From Octopus bimaculoides (taxonomy: Eukaryota), in the NCBI RefSeq assembly GCF_001194135.2, contig NC_068982.1, forward strand, positions 46,126,214-46,175,852: a stretch of DNA of 49,639 bases, in the 5' to 3' direction. Position numbers and translations under genes: made by a program. Below, in pieces: positions 1 through 11,070 of this stretch. The notes beneath the pieces are model-generated. The model worked only from the letters and a program-made list of their open reading frames with translations, did not search any database and had not been told where the DNA came from. Each line of letters starts with the position of its first letter. Within the stretch, counting starts at the first letter, position 1.

Positions 1-136
1 CACATATGAAGTGAGAGTTTTCCTACGATTCCATTTCTTCGTGTAGCGCGTGTACATGCATATATGACTACCTGCGTTGCTGCGTGTGTATGAGTGTGTG
101 TGTCTGCGTGTGTATGTCTATGTGTATTTGTGTGTA

Positions 137-171
<35 letters not shown>

Positions 172-203
172 CTTTGCATGCCTACTTATTTAGTTCTTTG
201 CAG

Positions 204-278
204 TGAAATTCACTGACTGTACATGTTATTTGCTGCTATCTGTGCAGAAAACAACTGGTGTACAGCAGACATCTGAGA
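204..278 (+). other. Candidate 75-nt coding exon (phase 1-1), gene unknown
   Basis: Acceptor ttagttctttgcag ends at 203 and donor gtatgt starts at 279. Only one frame is open: KFTDCTCYLLLSVQKTTGVQQTSE. No recognisable homology, so it could be chance. Confidence 0.25.
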
Positions 279-402
279 GTATGTTCCCACCTATGCGCTC
301 CTGCGTTACATACAAGAACACATTGATTCGGATATCATGTCTATGCATACACCCTCCCAGACACACACGCACGCCAACACATATATTTACCAACAAATTT
401 AA

Positions 403-422
403 AGATAGAGACAGACAGATAA

Positions 423-453
<31 letters not shown>

Positions 454-459
454 GATAGA

Positions 460-493
<34 letters not shown>

Positions 494-535
494 GATAGAT
501 AGATAGATAGATAGATAGACAGATAGACAGATACA
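403..535. repeat. Compound (GACA)/(GATA)n/(CATA)n microsatellite
   Basis: Tetranucleotide runs read directly from the sequence. Confidence 0.95.
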
Positions 536-554
536 AACTATAGTGCTAGTGAGT

Positions 555-874
555 GAGGGTGCGTGGCTTGGTATTTAGGGTATTCGGTTCACGATCGTAA
601 GGTCGTGAGTTCAATTCCCGGTGATGCGTTGTCCTTGAGCAAGACACTTTATTTCACGTTGCTCCAGTCCACTCAGCTGGTAAAAATGAGTAGTACCTAT
701 ATTTCAAAAGGCCGGCCTTGTCACATTCTGTATCACGCTGAATCTCCCTAAGAACTACATTAAAGTTACGCATGTCTGTAGAGTGCTCAGCCACAGGCAC
801 GTTAATTTCACGAACAGGCTGTTCTGTTGATCGGATCAACCAGAACCCTCGTCGTCGTAACTGACAGAGTGCCA
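555..874 (+). mobile_element. tRNA-derived CORE-type SINE (family A, tail X)
   Basis: tRNA-like head with A box (tggcttggtattta) and B box (gagttcaattccc). The segment gtccttgagcaagacactttatttcac...ctggtaaaaatgagt resembles the MIR/CORE domain. The 3' ~170 nt are shared with the copies at 5559 and 14696. Confidence 0.85.
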
Positions 875-1103
875 TAATGCTTGTAATAGATACATGGTAC
901 AAGAACTTTTGAGGCTTTTGAACACACAGTTAAAACTGTATTAGATTATTGTAATCATCGTATATCAATACTATGTCCCTAATAAGCTGACCTGCTAATT
1001 TTTGTTATTCCAGATCGAAAGAGGTGACTGTAACAGCACTTTGTACACACACTATTAAATACTGCTTGTTACAGATGAACAGTTTGCTGAATATTGTCGG
1101 GTA

Positions 1104-1452
1104 TGTGAAGACAATTTGGAATCTCGCTATGCGATAAAACTTTGTACTAAACTAGGCAAAAACACAACAGAAACTAATGAAATGCTTCAGACTGCTTATG
1201 GATTAACTTGTGTAAACCGAGCATCTCTTTTTCGCTGGAACAAGAGGCCAACGGGAAACACATGATGATCCCTTTTTTCGACCTCAAGAGTATCATCTAT
1301 ATCTACAGGGGTCCCTTTGGCCAAGCGGTCGACAAAGAGAACTTTCTGCTGGTTTTGAGGGAGTTCAGGAATCGATTTTGTCACAAAAGGCCAGAGCACT
1401 TGCACCAGGACAATGCACCAGTCCCCAATTGCACCCTAGTAACCGACTACTA
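1104..1452 (+). pseudogene. Internally deleted mariner transposase remnant
   Basis: From 1119 the frame reads ESRYAIKLCTKLGKNTTETNEMLQTAYGLTCVNRASLFRWNKR (mariner N-terminal HTH). It is fused out of frame to GKHMMIPFFDLKSII...VLREFRNRFCHKRPEHLHQDNAPV (catalytic region with HQDNAP). Truncated at an N gap. Confidence 0.9.
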
Positions 1453-1645
1453 GAGTTAACTATATATATANNNNNNNNNNNNNNNNNNNNNNNNNNNNNN
1501 NNNNNNNNNNNNNNNNNNNNNNNNNNNNNNNNNNNNNNNNNNNNNNNNNNNNNNNNNNNNNNNNNNNNNNNNNNNNNNNNNNNNNNNNNNNNNNNNNNNN
1601 NNNNNNNNNNNNNNNNNNNNNNNNNNNNNNNNNNNNNNNNNNNNA

Positions 1646-1678
<33 letters not shown>

Positions 1679-1885
1679 GATTCTAATACAGAGCAAATAT
1701 TCCAGCAGTAAAATACTTGCGAAGGTACCATTAACTCTATTATTATCTAGGATAAAATCATTAAAATGTTAATAACAGAATCAATAATACAGGCGATTGC
1801 AGCCCGCTAGCAAAAGCATTATATTGCTAAAGCATTAAAATTTGTATTAAACAAAGGACATACTCAGTATGTCCTATGATTAAGA

Positions 1886-1929
1886 TAAATGTGTTGTGTA
1901 TTGCTTGTGTTTCGTTTGTCAACTCACAC

Positions 1930-1960
<31 letters not shown>

Positions 1961-2079
1961 TGTATTATCTATATATATATATATCTTTCTATATGTATAT
2001 ATCTTGTACGTGGAAGCATTAATCTCGGCACGTTTTTTTCTCTCTCCAACTTTTCCTCTCAACCATTTCTATCGAAGAA
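1886..2079 (+). repeat. Direct repeat, copy 1 (partner at 3069-3294)
   Basis: gtgttgtgtattgctt...(TATG)n...ctatcgaagaa recurs at 3069-3294 with several substitutions and a different microsatellite length. Confidence 0.9.
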
Positions 2080-2466
2080 ATATATATAAGGAGAAGGTGG
2101 AAATAACACAGAAGTAAATAAATCTATAACATTTCAATTTTGATGACGTCTTCTTTAAATATAGTTTGGTATGGAGTTTAAAGTGTTAGAAAGTAAGAGA
2201 GGAGGTGTAGTTGTCTATTGTCTAAAAGAAACCTTTGTGGGTTCCCGCCAATGGAGTAGATTAAAAGTATTTACTAAATGGGTTATATATAAAATTAAAA
2301 TATAAAGCCGTTTGCAATGATTTACGAAACAATAAAATTATAATTGCCACTAAATGCGACTACGGTATTATAAACACCTACTTTGCTAGAAATAAGAGCT
2401 AAAACGCTCTAATGCTGTAGTCAAAGCACATAATTATGTACATATATACAGGCAGGGACTATAATC

Positions 2467-2567
2467 GTCCGAAAACGCCATTTAAGAATTCCTTATACTG
2501 AATTTAGTTTCGGCAATTTCCGTTGCGTCATCAGTAAGGACTGGCTCTACTTCGGCAGTTTTCGGAC
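2467..2567 (-). ncRNA. Type I hammerhead ribozyme with extended stem I
   Basis: Minus strand: UCCUUA-CUGAUGA-c-GCAA cggaaa UUGC-c-GAAA-CU aaauuc AG-UA/UAAGGA. An outer helix GUCCGAAAAC/GUUUUCGGAC closes it. Predicted GUA cleavage between 2496 and 2495. Positions 10.1-11.1 are a C-C mismatch. Confidence 0.85.
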
Positions 2568-3068
2568 TTACTTCTCTGTCCGTATATATGTTTTCAGCGA
2601 ATCGGTAGTGTGTATACATGAAATTAAAATAGACAGGGGTTATATATATATACACACACATTCATAGACCGCAATTATATATATATATATATATATATAT
2701 NNNNNNNNNNNNNNNNNNNNNNNNNNNNNNNNNNNNNNNNNNNNNNNNNNNNNNNNNNNNNNNNNNNNNNNNNNNNNNNNNNNNNNNNNNNNNNNNNNNN
2801 NNNNNNNNNNNNNNNNNNNNNNNNNNNNNNNNNNNNNNNNNNNNNNNNNNNNNNNNNNNNNNNNNNNNNNNNNNNNNNNNNNNNNNNNNNNNNNNNNNNN
2901 NNNNNNNNNNNNNNNNNNNNNNNNNNNNNNNNNNNNNNNNNNNNNNNNNNNNNNNNNNNNNNNNNNNNNNNNNNNNNNNNNNNAAATACATACACATATA
3001 TGCACATTCATACATATATATGTGGAACAGAATCAAACTGATTTTATAAAATATATGTTAACTCTTAC

Positions 3069-3294
3069 TAAACGTGTTGTGTATTGCTTGAGTTTCGTTT
3101 GTCGACTCACACATATGTATGTATGTATGTATGTATGTATGCATGTATGTATGTATGTATGTATGTATGTATGTATGTAGGTATTATCTATATATATCTC
3201 TTTCTATATGTATATATCTTACATGTGGAAGCATTAATCCCGACACGTTTTTTTCTCTCTCCAACTTTTCCTCTCAACTATTTCTATCGAAGAA
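3069..3294 (+). repeat. Direct repeat, copy 2 (partner at 1886-2079)
   Basis: Same sequence as 1886-2079. It continues into a Penelope-type repeat that copy 1 lacks. Confidence 0.9.
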
Positions 3295-3408
3295 CAAAAC
3301 CTCGAAACTTGAAATTATTTTCCATTTCTCCCGACCCTCAATCTAATAGACTTGTCTCCCTCACCTGTTTGTATCTTTTGTTTTCGGTCCATTTGAACTA
3401 TATACACA
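3225..3408 (+). mobile_element. Degenerate Penelope-type terminal repeat with decayed HHR core
   Basis: tttctatcgaagaacaaaacctcgaaacttgaaa...ttcc...cccgaccctcaatctaata aligns by eye with the reverse complement of 18330-18520 (tttctgttgaagagcgtagctcgaaacgtcaaag...ttcc...cccgagcgtcatactaata). Confidence 0.55.
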
Positions 3409-3561
3409 CATATATACACATATATATGTTATGTATGTATGTATGTATGTATGTATGTATGTATGTATGTATGTATGTATGTATTTATGTATGTATGTCT
3501 GTATGTGTGTATGTATGTGTACACACACACACACACATATTTATTTATTTATTTATTTAGA

Positions 3562-4826
3562 CAGGGCGTCCCGAAATTAAGGCAACCGAAGTTTTGGGTT
3601 TTAATAACTATCAATAAATGTGATAAGAAATGAAAATTATACATCATTATGAAAGCTTAGTGTGTCTTCTTTTTGTTTCAGACCAAGTAAATTCAGATTT
3701 ATAAATTAGATAATTGCTATAGACCGAAATATAATCATAGTCCCCAACCCCTGACACAGACAAAGAAGGAGAAGGTAATACAGCTATAGCAAAGAGCTTA
3801 AAATTAAACGAACAACAGTTTGGAAAATCATCAAGAAATTTCAAGGCTGGTTCCACCGCTGATTGAGCTGACATGACAGAAAGAGAAGTGTGAAGTCACC
3901 TCAGCTTAGAAAAAGTACCAGAGAAAAGATACGGCAAAATCCTCATCGTTCCGTCAAAAAATTGGCTGCCACAAAAATAAGCTGAACATTGATGAATCGA
4001 GTGCTGAAGGAGGTCCCAGGACCTACCTCTACTAGATGATCTGCCGCTATGATTTCACACATGTTTATAAGGCCACGAGACTGGAGAGTAGTCGTCTTAT
4101 CCTGTGTCAGGTAGCTGAAGGCCTGCTACTCAACCTGGTGTTCACTGATGAAAAGAAGTTTGACATCGAACAGACAGTACACCACAAGAATGACCGATTT
4201 TGGAGTGTATCTGGCTCCGACGAGGGTTGACTCGTAAATCGACGTCAAGATCTACTGTCAGTTATGGTTTGGTTGACTGTAACAGCCACTGGAAGGTGTC
4301 CCCTCGTTTTTGTACCCTGAAGAATCAAAATTAACACCCAACGATATTCTAGAAGCTGAACTGCTTCCATGGGCGAATGAACACTTTTAAGTTGCACGTT
4401 GGAGCCTCCAATAGGACTCAGCACCATCGCACAGCTCCAAACAGACACAACACAGCATTCAGAAAAAAAACATTCTGTCGTCCACAAGCAAGGGTATATA
4501 GCCTTCAAGAAGTCCCGATCTCAACCTGCTAGATTTTTTTGTTTGGTCCATTTTGGAGCCGAGAGTTTTGAGCAATTCTCATGCATTGCACGACGCTCTG
4601 AAGGCAAGGAATGGGCTTCGACTCCGCAAGAACAACTGCGTGCGACGTCTGAAGCATTCGCACCTAGACTTAAGGCTGTGATTCGAAACAAAGGTGATCA
4701 TATCGAATAAATGTGGTAGGGTCATAAATGTGTTTCCTTTACCATTGCTTGGCAAAACTCGGACCCGAAATAATTTACTCTGGTAAAATTGAAAAAAGTT
4801 GGTTGCCTTAATTTTGAGAAACCCTG
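3562..4826 (+). mobile_element. Near full-length decayed Tc1/mariner-superfamily transposon, DD37D/maT-like
   Basis: 26-bp terminal inverted repeats (TIRs) at 3562-3587 and 4801-4826 with 4 mismatches; TA at 4827-4828; length 1265 bp. Broken transposase motifs: REKIRQNPHRSVKKLA, LVFTDEKKFDIEQ, NDRFWS, VMVW, WSLQ*DSAPSH, PSRSPDLNLLDF. Confidence 0.9.
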
Positions 4827-5558
4827 TATTATATCATGTACATTATTGTTTGTATATGTTAGTATATGTGTGTGTGATTTTTTTCCTACCCGTACTGGTA
4901 ATTCCCAGTTCTAGCATTTAGTCTTTCAATCTTTATTTAGAAAGTCCACATCTCTACAACACTACGAGCTACGAGGGTGGTGGGTAAGTGCTAGCAGATG
5001 TTGTGCAGTGTTTTGTTCGTGGTGATTTCGATCCATCAGAATCGTTGATGTTGTATTTGTTTCTATGTTCATTATTTCTTCCACCCTTTCCTCCACTTTT
5101 TCTGGGGTTTTTCCGTTTCCTCTGTTTTTTCGATTTTAAAGGGAATAACACGTGATTCGAATTCAATCGCAGCTCATTTATTAAAGTATACACACTTGTA
5201 CTATATATTTTATCTGTTTTGAAATTATTGACATGAAACACTAGATATCTCAGGGACAGCAGTTCCGAGTCTGCAGTATAACACTTTATGGGGGAGAAGG
5301 AGCAACAAACTTAAGGGCTGCCTCGGGGCAGTACATTCTTTAGCTACGCTACTGGGTCTACATGACTAAATCTTTTCCAGAAGCTTAAAATCTTAACTCA
5401 GTTTGATTTGAAACTTTTCTATTAATTTAACGCAAATTGGCCGCAGCGAACTTCTCTTGGGACAACAACAGCAACGATTACAAAAACTTCATTGAAACAG
5501 TCAGAAATAGAGCAATAACTATTGGGATGTTAATTACAATAACATTAATTGTACAGCT

Positions 5559-5945
5559 GTGGAGGTGCAATGGCCCAGTGGTTAGGGCAGCGGACTCGCG
5601 GTCATAGGATCGCGGTTTCGATTCCCAGACCGGGCGTTGTGAGTGTTTATTGAGCGAAAATACCTAAAGCTCCACGAGGCTCCGGCAGGGGATGGTAGCG
5701 AACCCTGCTGTACTCTTTCACCACAACTTTCTCACACTCTTACTTCCTGTTTCTGTTGTGCCTGTAATTCAAAGAGCCAGCCTTGTCACACTGTGTCACG
5801 CTGAAAATCCCCGAGACTACGTTAATGGTACACGTGTCTGTGGAGTGCTCAGCCACTTGCACGTTAATTTCACGAGCAGGCTGTTCCGTTGATCGGATCA
5901 ACTGGAACCCTCGTCGTCGTAAGCGACGGAGTGCCAACAACAACA
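5559..5945 (+). mobile_element. Full-length tRNA-derived SINE (family B, tail X) with 12-bp TSD
   Basis: A box tggcccagtggtta, B box ggtttcgattccc, (AAC)n tail. TSD AATTGTACAGCT at 5547-5558 and 5946-5957. Confidence 0.92.
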
Positions 5946-6320
5946 AATTGTACAGCTAGAAAATAACAAAAACAACAACAAAAACAGAAAGGAAGACGAA
6001 ATATGGAAATACGGAAATATATAGGAAATAAAGAAAAGGAAACAAGCGAATATAGAGCAGCGGATTGACAGAATCGTTTGTTGACAGCACTGTTGCCCTT
6101 TTACGTTAGGCTGTCCTCATTGCCATTCATACTTCCTGGTTCGATAAAATGAATTACAAATCAATTAATTACAAGGATCCGTGTAATTGATTTCTCATCT
6201 TTGCCATCCTCTGCTGGACTAGCATGCTACAATATTACCCTAATCATCGGTCATCACACGGGTTCAAATGACGTGCAGGGCAGTTATCGATATTATTTAT
6301 AGGTAACGTTATATATTAGT

Positions 6321-6483
6321 TCCTTTCTGCTATAGGCACAAGGCCTGAAATTCCGGAGGAGAGGGACAGTCGATTACATCGATCCCAGGGCTTGACCTGT
6401 ACTTATTTTACCGACCCTCGAAAGTATGAAAGGCGAAGTCGACCCCGGCAGAATTTGAACTCAGAACGTAAAGGCGGACGAAC
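6321..6483 (-). mobile_element. SINE family C, 5'-truncated
   Basis: Reverse complement matches the copies at 13375 and 13601 (gttctgagttcaaattc...cctttcat...aaataagtac...gtcgatgtaatcgact...aggccttgtgcctatag). Confidence 0.85.
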
Positions 6484-6521
6484 GTCATAAATTAATTGAA
6501 ACACAATGTGTGTGTGAATAT

Positions 6522-6603
<82 letters not shown>

Positions 6604-6730
6604 TCACACTACACAAGCACATACATAGACACTCGTACTTACACAGACACACACATGCGAATCTTGTAATTTCACTCACATAATCACATACACTCTCTCT
6701 AAATGCGGACCTCACAGAAAATGGTGCCGC

Positions 6731-6801
6731 AAGAAGAAGAAGAAGAAGAAGAAGAAGAAGAAGAAGAAGAAGAAGAAGAAGAAGAAGAAGAAGAAGAAGA
6801 A
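6731..6801. repeat. (AAG)n microsatellite
   Basis: Pure trinucleotide run. Confidence 0.97.
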
Positions 6802-7239
6802 TCCAAATTACAATAGCAACAGATAACATAATACGCCGAGTTCTGATCAGTTGAATCGAACCTGCCACCGCAAACNNNNNNNNNNNNNNNNNNNNNNNNN
6901 NNNNNNNNNNNNNNNNNNNNNNNNNNNNNNNNNNNNNNNNNNACCCACCCCCACTTTCCTAGTTTAGGCGTATTGGTGCGGAGGAGTGGAGGAGAGTCTA
7001 AATAAAGAGGGAAAGATTGAAAGCCAGGAACGGTAGCTGCCAGTATTGGCAGTAAATAAATGTGCAGTAATTACGAGTGAAACGTGTCTAAAGCCTACAC
7101 TAATTACATGGCTAGGTTAATTAAACAATACAAGAAATGCAAACCATGATTAGATCATGTAAGAGAATATCTCTCGTGTCAGGTCAACCAGCCTATCATT
7201 GATTGGTTCTTATTGACAGTGTTATCGACTTAGTCGTCA

Positions 7240-8030
7240 GATGATTATAACGACAATGATAGCGGTGGCGATGACGGTGATGGTGCTGATGATGAACGAA
7301 GAGGAGAAGACGGCGGAGGAGGAGGAAGAGGTGGAGAAGACGGCGGAGAAGGAGGAAGAGACGGTGGAGGAGGAGGTGGTGGAAGAGGATGTGGAAGAGG
7401 AGGAAGGTGAGGAAGAGGAGGAGGTGGAGGAAGAGATGGTGGAGGAGGAGGTGGAGGAGGATGTAGAAGGGGAGGAAGGTGAGGAAGAGGATGTGGAAGA
7501 GGATGTGGAAGAGGAGGAGAATGTAGAAGAGGAGGAAGATGTGTGGAAGAGGATGAGGGTGTGTGGAAGAGGAGGAGGAACACGGAGGAGGAACACAGAG
7601 GAGGAACACGGAGGAGGAACACGGAGGAGTGGTGATAGTTGAGCTTGTAGTAAAGGCGGTATTAGTGCAGTGGTAGTAATGTTAGCGGCAATAGCGAAAT
7701 AGATCGTGATGATGGCGATGATGACGCTGACGACATTGACGTTGACGACAACGACGTCGATGGCTTTCGATGACGATAACGAAAATAACGGAGGCGGAGG
7801 TGTAGGTGTAAGTGCTTTAATGATGATGGCGACTGCAACCACAACGATGACGTTGCTGAAAATGTTACTGTTGTTATTGTTGGTGTCATAGTTATCAAGT
7901 GGGTCCGACATCTTGTCTAAGTATGCAATGATGATAATAGTGGTAACAGAGGAGCTTATGGGTATGTTGCTATTGTTGTTGCTGACTGCGTTGGTGGTGG
8001 TGCTGCTAATAGTCTTAATACAGGTTGAGA
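7240..8030. repeat. Low-complexity GAG/GAA, then GAT/GAC/GTT/GGT-rich cryptic triplet repeats
   Basis: Gives poly-E, poly-P and poly-S ORFs in several frames on both strands, with no other coding signal. Confidence 0.85.
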
Positions 8031-8249
8031 TGAAAATGATATCTTTATAGCGTGTGTTGTAAATTCTAGACAAATGAGAGTTGGACAAGACACCATAATT
8101 TAGCTCAGTTGAAGATTACTGTACTTAGATTATTCGTTACACGGATAATCTTGCGAAAGGCATGAACCTTCACGTACATTCTTCCTGGAGTATCTATTTT
8201 TGCTTCCCTGTGTCTGTTATTAAGGTAGTAATTTTGTAGTTTCTCTTCT

Positions 8250-9510
8250 TACTCCAAAAGTGAGTGAGGGGAAACCATATTGAGAACCTCGACTGTTTCG
8301 TGGTACCACATACACAAACCAGATTACCCTGATTCAACAAATGCAAGTTCCTTCAGTCAGTCCTTGTTACTAATATTCTCATTATCACCCATCTTCCGTA
8401 AGTTTACCGTTGAGAATTGTCTTCTTGCTACCTTCATCATCTTCCTCAAGTGGTACTCGGAGAGGTTGATGAAGGCTTCGTCCGGGAGGAATATCTCTTT
8501 TCTTAAACCTTCCAACCGCTCCCGCCATATAGTTTCTTTGCCACAGTTACCAAATAGAGGAAAGATACTTGTTCTTACTTGCCGAAGAGACGCAGTGATT
8601 CGATTTTCACGGTAGGTTTGGTTAAGCGCCGAATCATTACAGCATATGCTAACAGCTTTTCGATTTAAACCAAGTTAACAATGCACGAATATCGAACACT
8701 AAATGTTGAATGTTCCAAACGGTTTTATCAGACTGCACACATCTCGAACTAATTCGCTTGTTGGGTAACTGTAAAATACCCGTAGTGTTCACTCCAAATA
8801 AGTAATAACCACTGTAGCATTGGCAGTTCAAGCGCTTTGGGAAATTGTTCATAAACTAAAAGTCTGCATGAACAGATTACTCAAACTCTAATCGTAGGTA
8901 TCGAGAATCGCTCCAAGGCCATCATTGCTCACTGATATGCTCTACTAATCCTCTACAGAAGGGCTGGCTTTCCAGAGAACATCATAATTGAGGTGGTAGA
9001 TTGCAGTGAGCACCTGAGAAAATTCCAAGCATCAAAGACGTAACTTTGTTCTGCACTTGACTCAAGACTGCCTCTCGCATAAAAAGAACTAGGGAAAAGT
9101 GTACCACAAGAATGATGACCACACCATTTTACTGTCATTATCGTCCAGGAATCTTTACATTTCTGTGAAACTCAACGCACACCTACATATAAGATTTAGC
9201 ATCCTAAGCACCCTCCCGTTGTGTGAGTGCCTGCAGCAGGGGGACCACCTGATTAGCGACATATACCTCTTTGCATGTTCTAATCTAGTCAAGAGTTCAT
9301 TATTTACATTATTTACAATTGATGGATATTTGTCCTCGTCTTGTTTGTTGTTAACACAACGTTTCTGCAGGTGTCTTGGGGGAAATTTGGAACCTGGGTT
9401 CTCATTCCTAAATAATGTAAATAATGTACATAATTCCTCACCTCTTAAATGTAGAATTGTAGTCAAGAGTTGCTTGGAACAAAATACGACGGTTGGAGGG
9501 TAATACATCC
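8250..9510 (-). pseudogene. Decayed protein-coding-like remnant, probably a transposable element (family unresolved)
   Basis: Higher-complexity sequence with long stop-interrupted minus-strand frames, e.g. RENRITASLRQVRTSIFPLFGNCGKETIWRERLEGLRKEIFLPDEAFINLSEYHLRKMMKVARRQFS and DVCSLIKPFGTFNI*CSIFVH (faintly SWIM-like). Confidence 0.35.
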
Positions 9511-10043
9511 CTGAGAAGATGTTAACGTTTGCAATATGATAAACTTTTCATTTCATTTGCCAAAAAAGATCATTTATACATTTTACAATATGCTGCCAAA
9601 AGACGTTACTCGATGTGTAGAGATGTACAGACATAATTATATACGAAACGTGAGACGGTAAAAACGTTATAGGATAATATGAAGACATTAAAAGGAGAGA
9701 AAAGTTCACATATGAATGATTGTATATATGTGTGTATGTGTATGTGTGTGTGCGTGTGTGAGTGTGTACAAATAAAACAAATGAAATTAAAGTCAACAAA
9801 GGAGATAACTATAGATACTGCGATTAGTAGTACAATGATAAAGTAAAATAAACGTTAGCTACTTCAAGCAGCAGCAGCAGCAGCAACGACGACGTTGCTT
9901 GTATGCTGCTGTCAGACTTGGCGACATTAAGCGTCTTTAACCCCCCCCCCCAAAAAAAAAATCTTAAAAAAAAAAATAAGTGTCTTTAAATCTACTTTGT
10001 CGGTACCTATAAAGTAATAATGTCGTTGGAAATATATACAGAA

Positions 10044-10348
10044 GTAATATTGGTTTCAAATTTTGGAACGGGGCCAGTGATTTCGAGGGAGGGGCTAGTC
10101 GGTTACATCGACCTTAGTGCTCAACTGGCAATTGTATTATCGACCCCGAAATTCATGGAGCGAGCTGGTAGAATCGTTAGCATACCAGGCAAAATGCTTG
10201 GCGACATTTTGTCAGTCTTTATGTTTTGAGTTCAAATTCCGAGGTTGACTTTGCCTCTCATTCTTTCTGGGGAGCACTGTGGTCAATATAATCGACTTAT
10301 TCCTCTCCCGAAATTGCTGACCCAGAGCCAAAATTTGAAACTAGTATT
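10044..10348. mobile_element. SINE C composite: inverted 3' half (10044-10154, -) plus a copy on + (10160-10348)
   Basis: The ends aatattggtttcaaattttgg and ccaaaatttgaaactagtatt are near-complementary. The plus copy has head gagctggtagaatcgttagc and B box gagttcaaattcc. Confidence 0.8.
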
Positions 10349-11070
10349 TTTAGTAAATTCGTGTACACTAAACTATTAATTCTAGTTCATTTTTATCACC
10401 ATCAGCATGCAACATATGGTCATCCACACAAAAAGAGATGGTTGATTGTCCAGCAGAATTTGTATCCGAAGCGGGTCTGATTTGAAATGTTGGCTAGATT
10501 AGCCATTAAGCAAAATAAGCCCGTGCTTAGAGCATCAAGGAAAGAGGAGCACCATGGAAATGGTAAATGATTTACAACACAAAAAAAAAAAAATCACTTG
10601 CTAAAAAAAATATTTGGGATGCCTTCTCTCTACGAAGTATAGAAGCATATGTATAACGTAAGATTTATTTTGAGGGTTTGATCAAAGACTTTGCAATTAA
10701 GGAGAAAAGTTTTCAATCATATATAAGTGGAAGTATACAAAAAATTAACATTTTCCACCTTGCTGTTAGTTTTGTTTCATTTTTAAAAAATATAAATTAA
10801 TTTCATGGTTTATTATTGTTTATATTTTGAATTACACATATATGGGTCACCAAATTCTTTTAAGCGTTTAGAGCATCTATGGGCCTGAATCCGGCCCACA
10901 CCATGCTTATAATCTTCTTTCTCCTTTTACACAAACTTCGATTATAGTTTTCTTGATCATTACTTGATCACAACAGCCATAAGCGCAGTTGCTGTATCCC
11001 TTCTGCTCTTCTTGAAACCAGTTTTAGTTTTCAAAAAGATTAATTTCTTCAATGTTATTCCTGTATATAT

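Noticed and set aside
5559-5635. tRNA-like sequences with A and B boxes (also 555, 13375 and others)
   Set aside because: They are SINE heads: they continue into SINE bodies with tails and TSDs and lack a full cloverleaf.
7241-7642. 133-aa poly-Glu ORF, with overlapping poly-Ser and poly-Pro ORFs on the other strand
   Set aside because: Low-complexity DNA that is open in several frames on both strands, with no domain or splice support.
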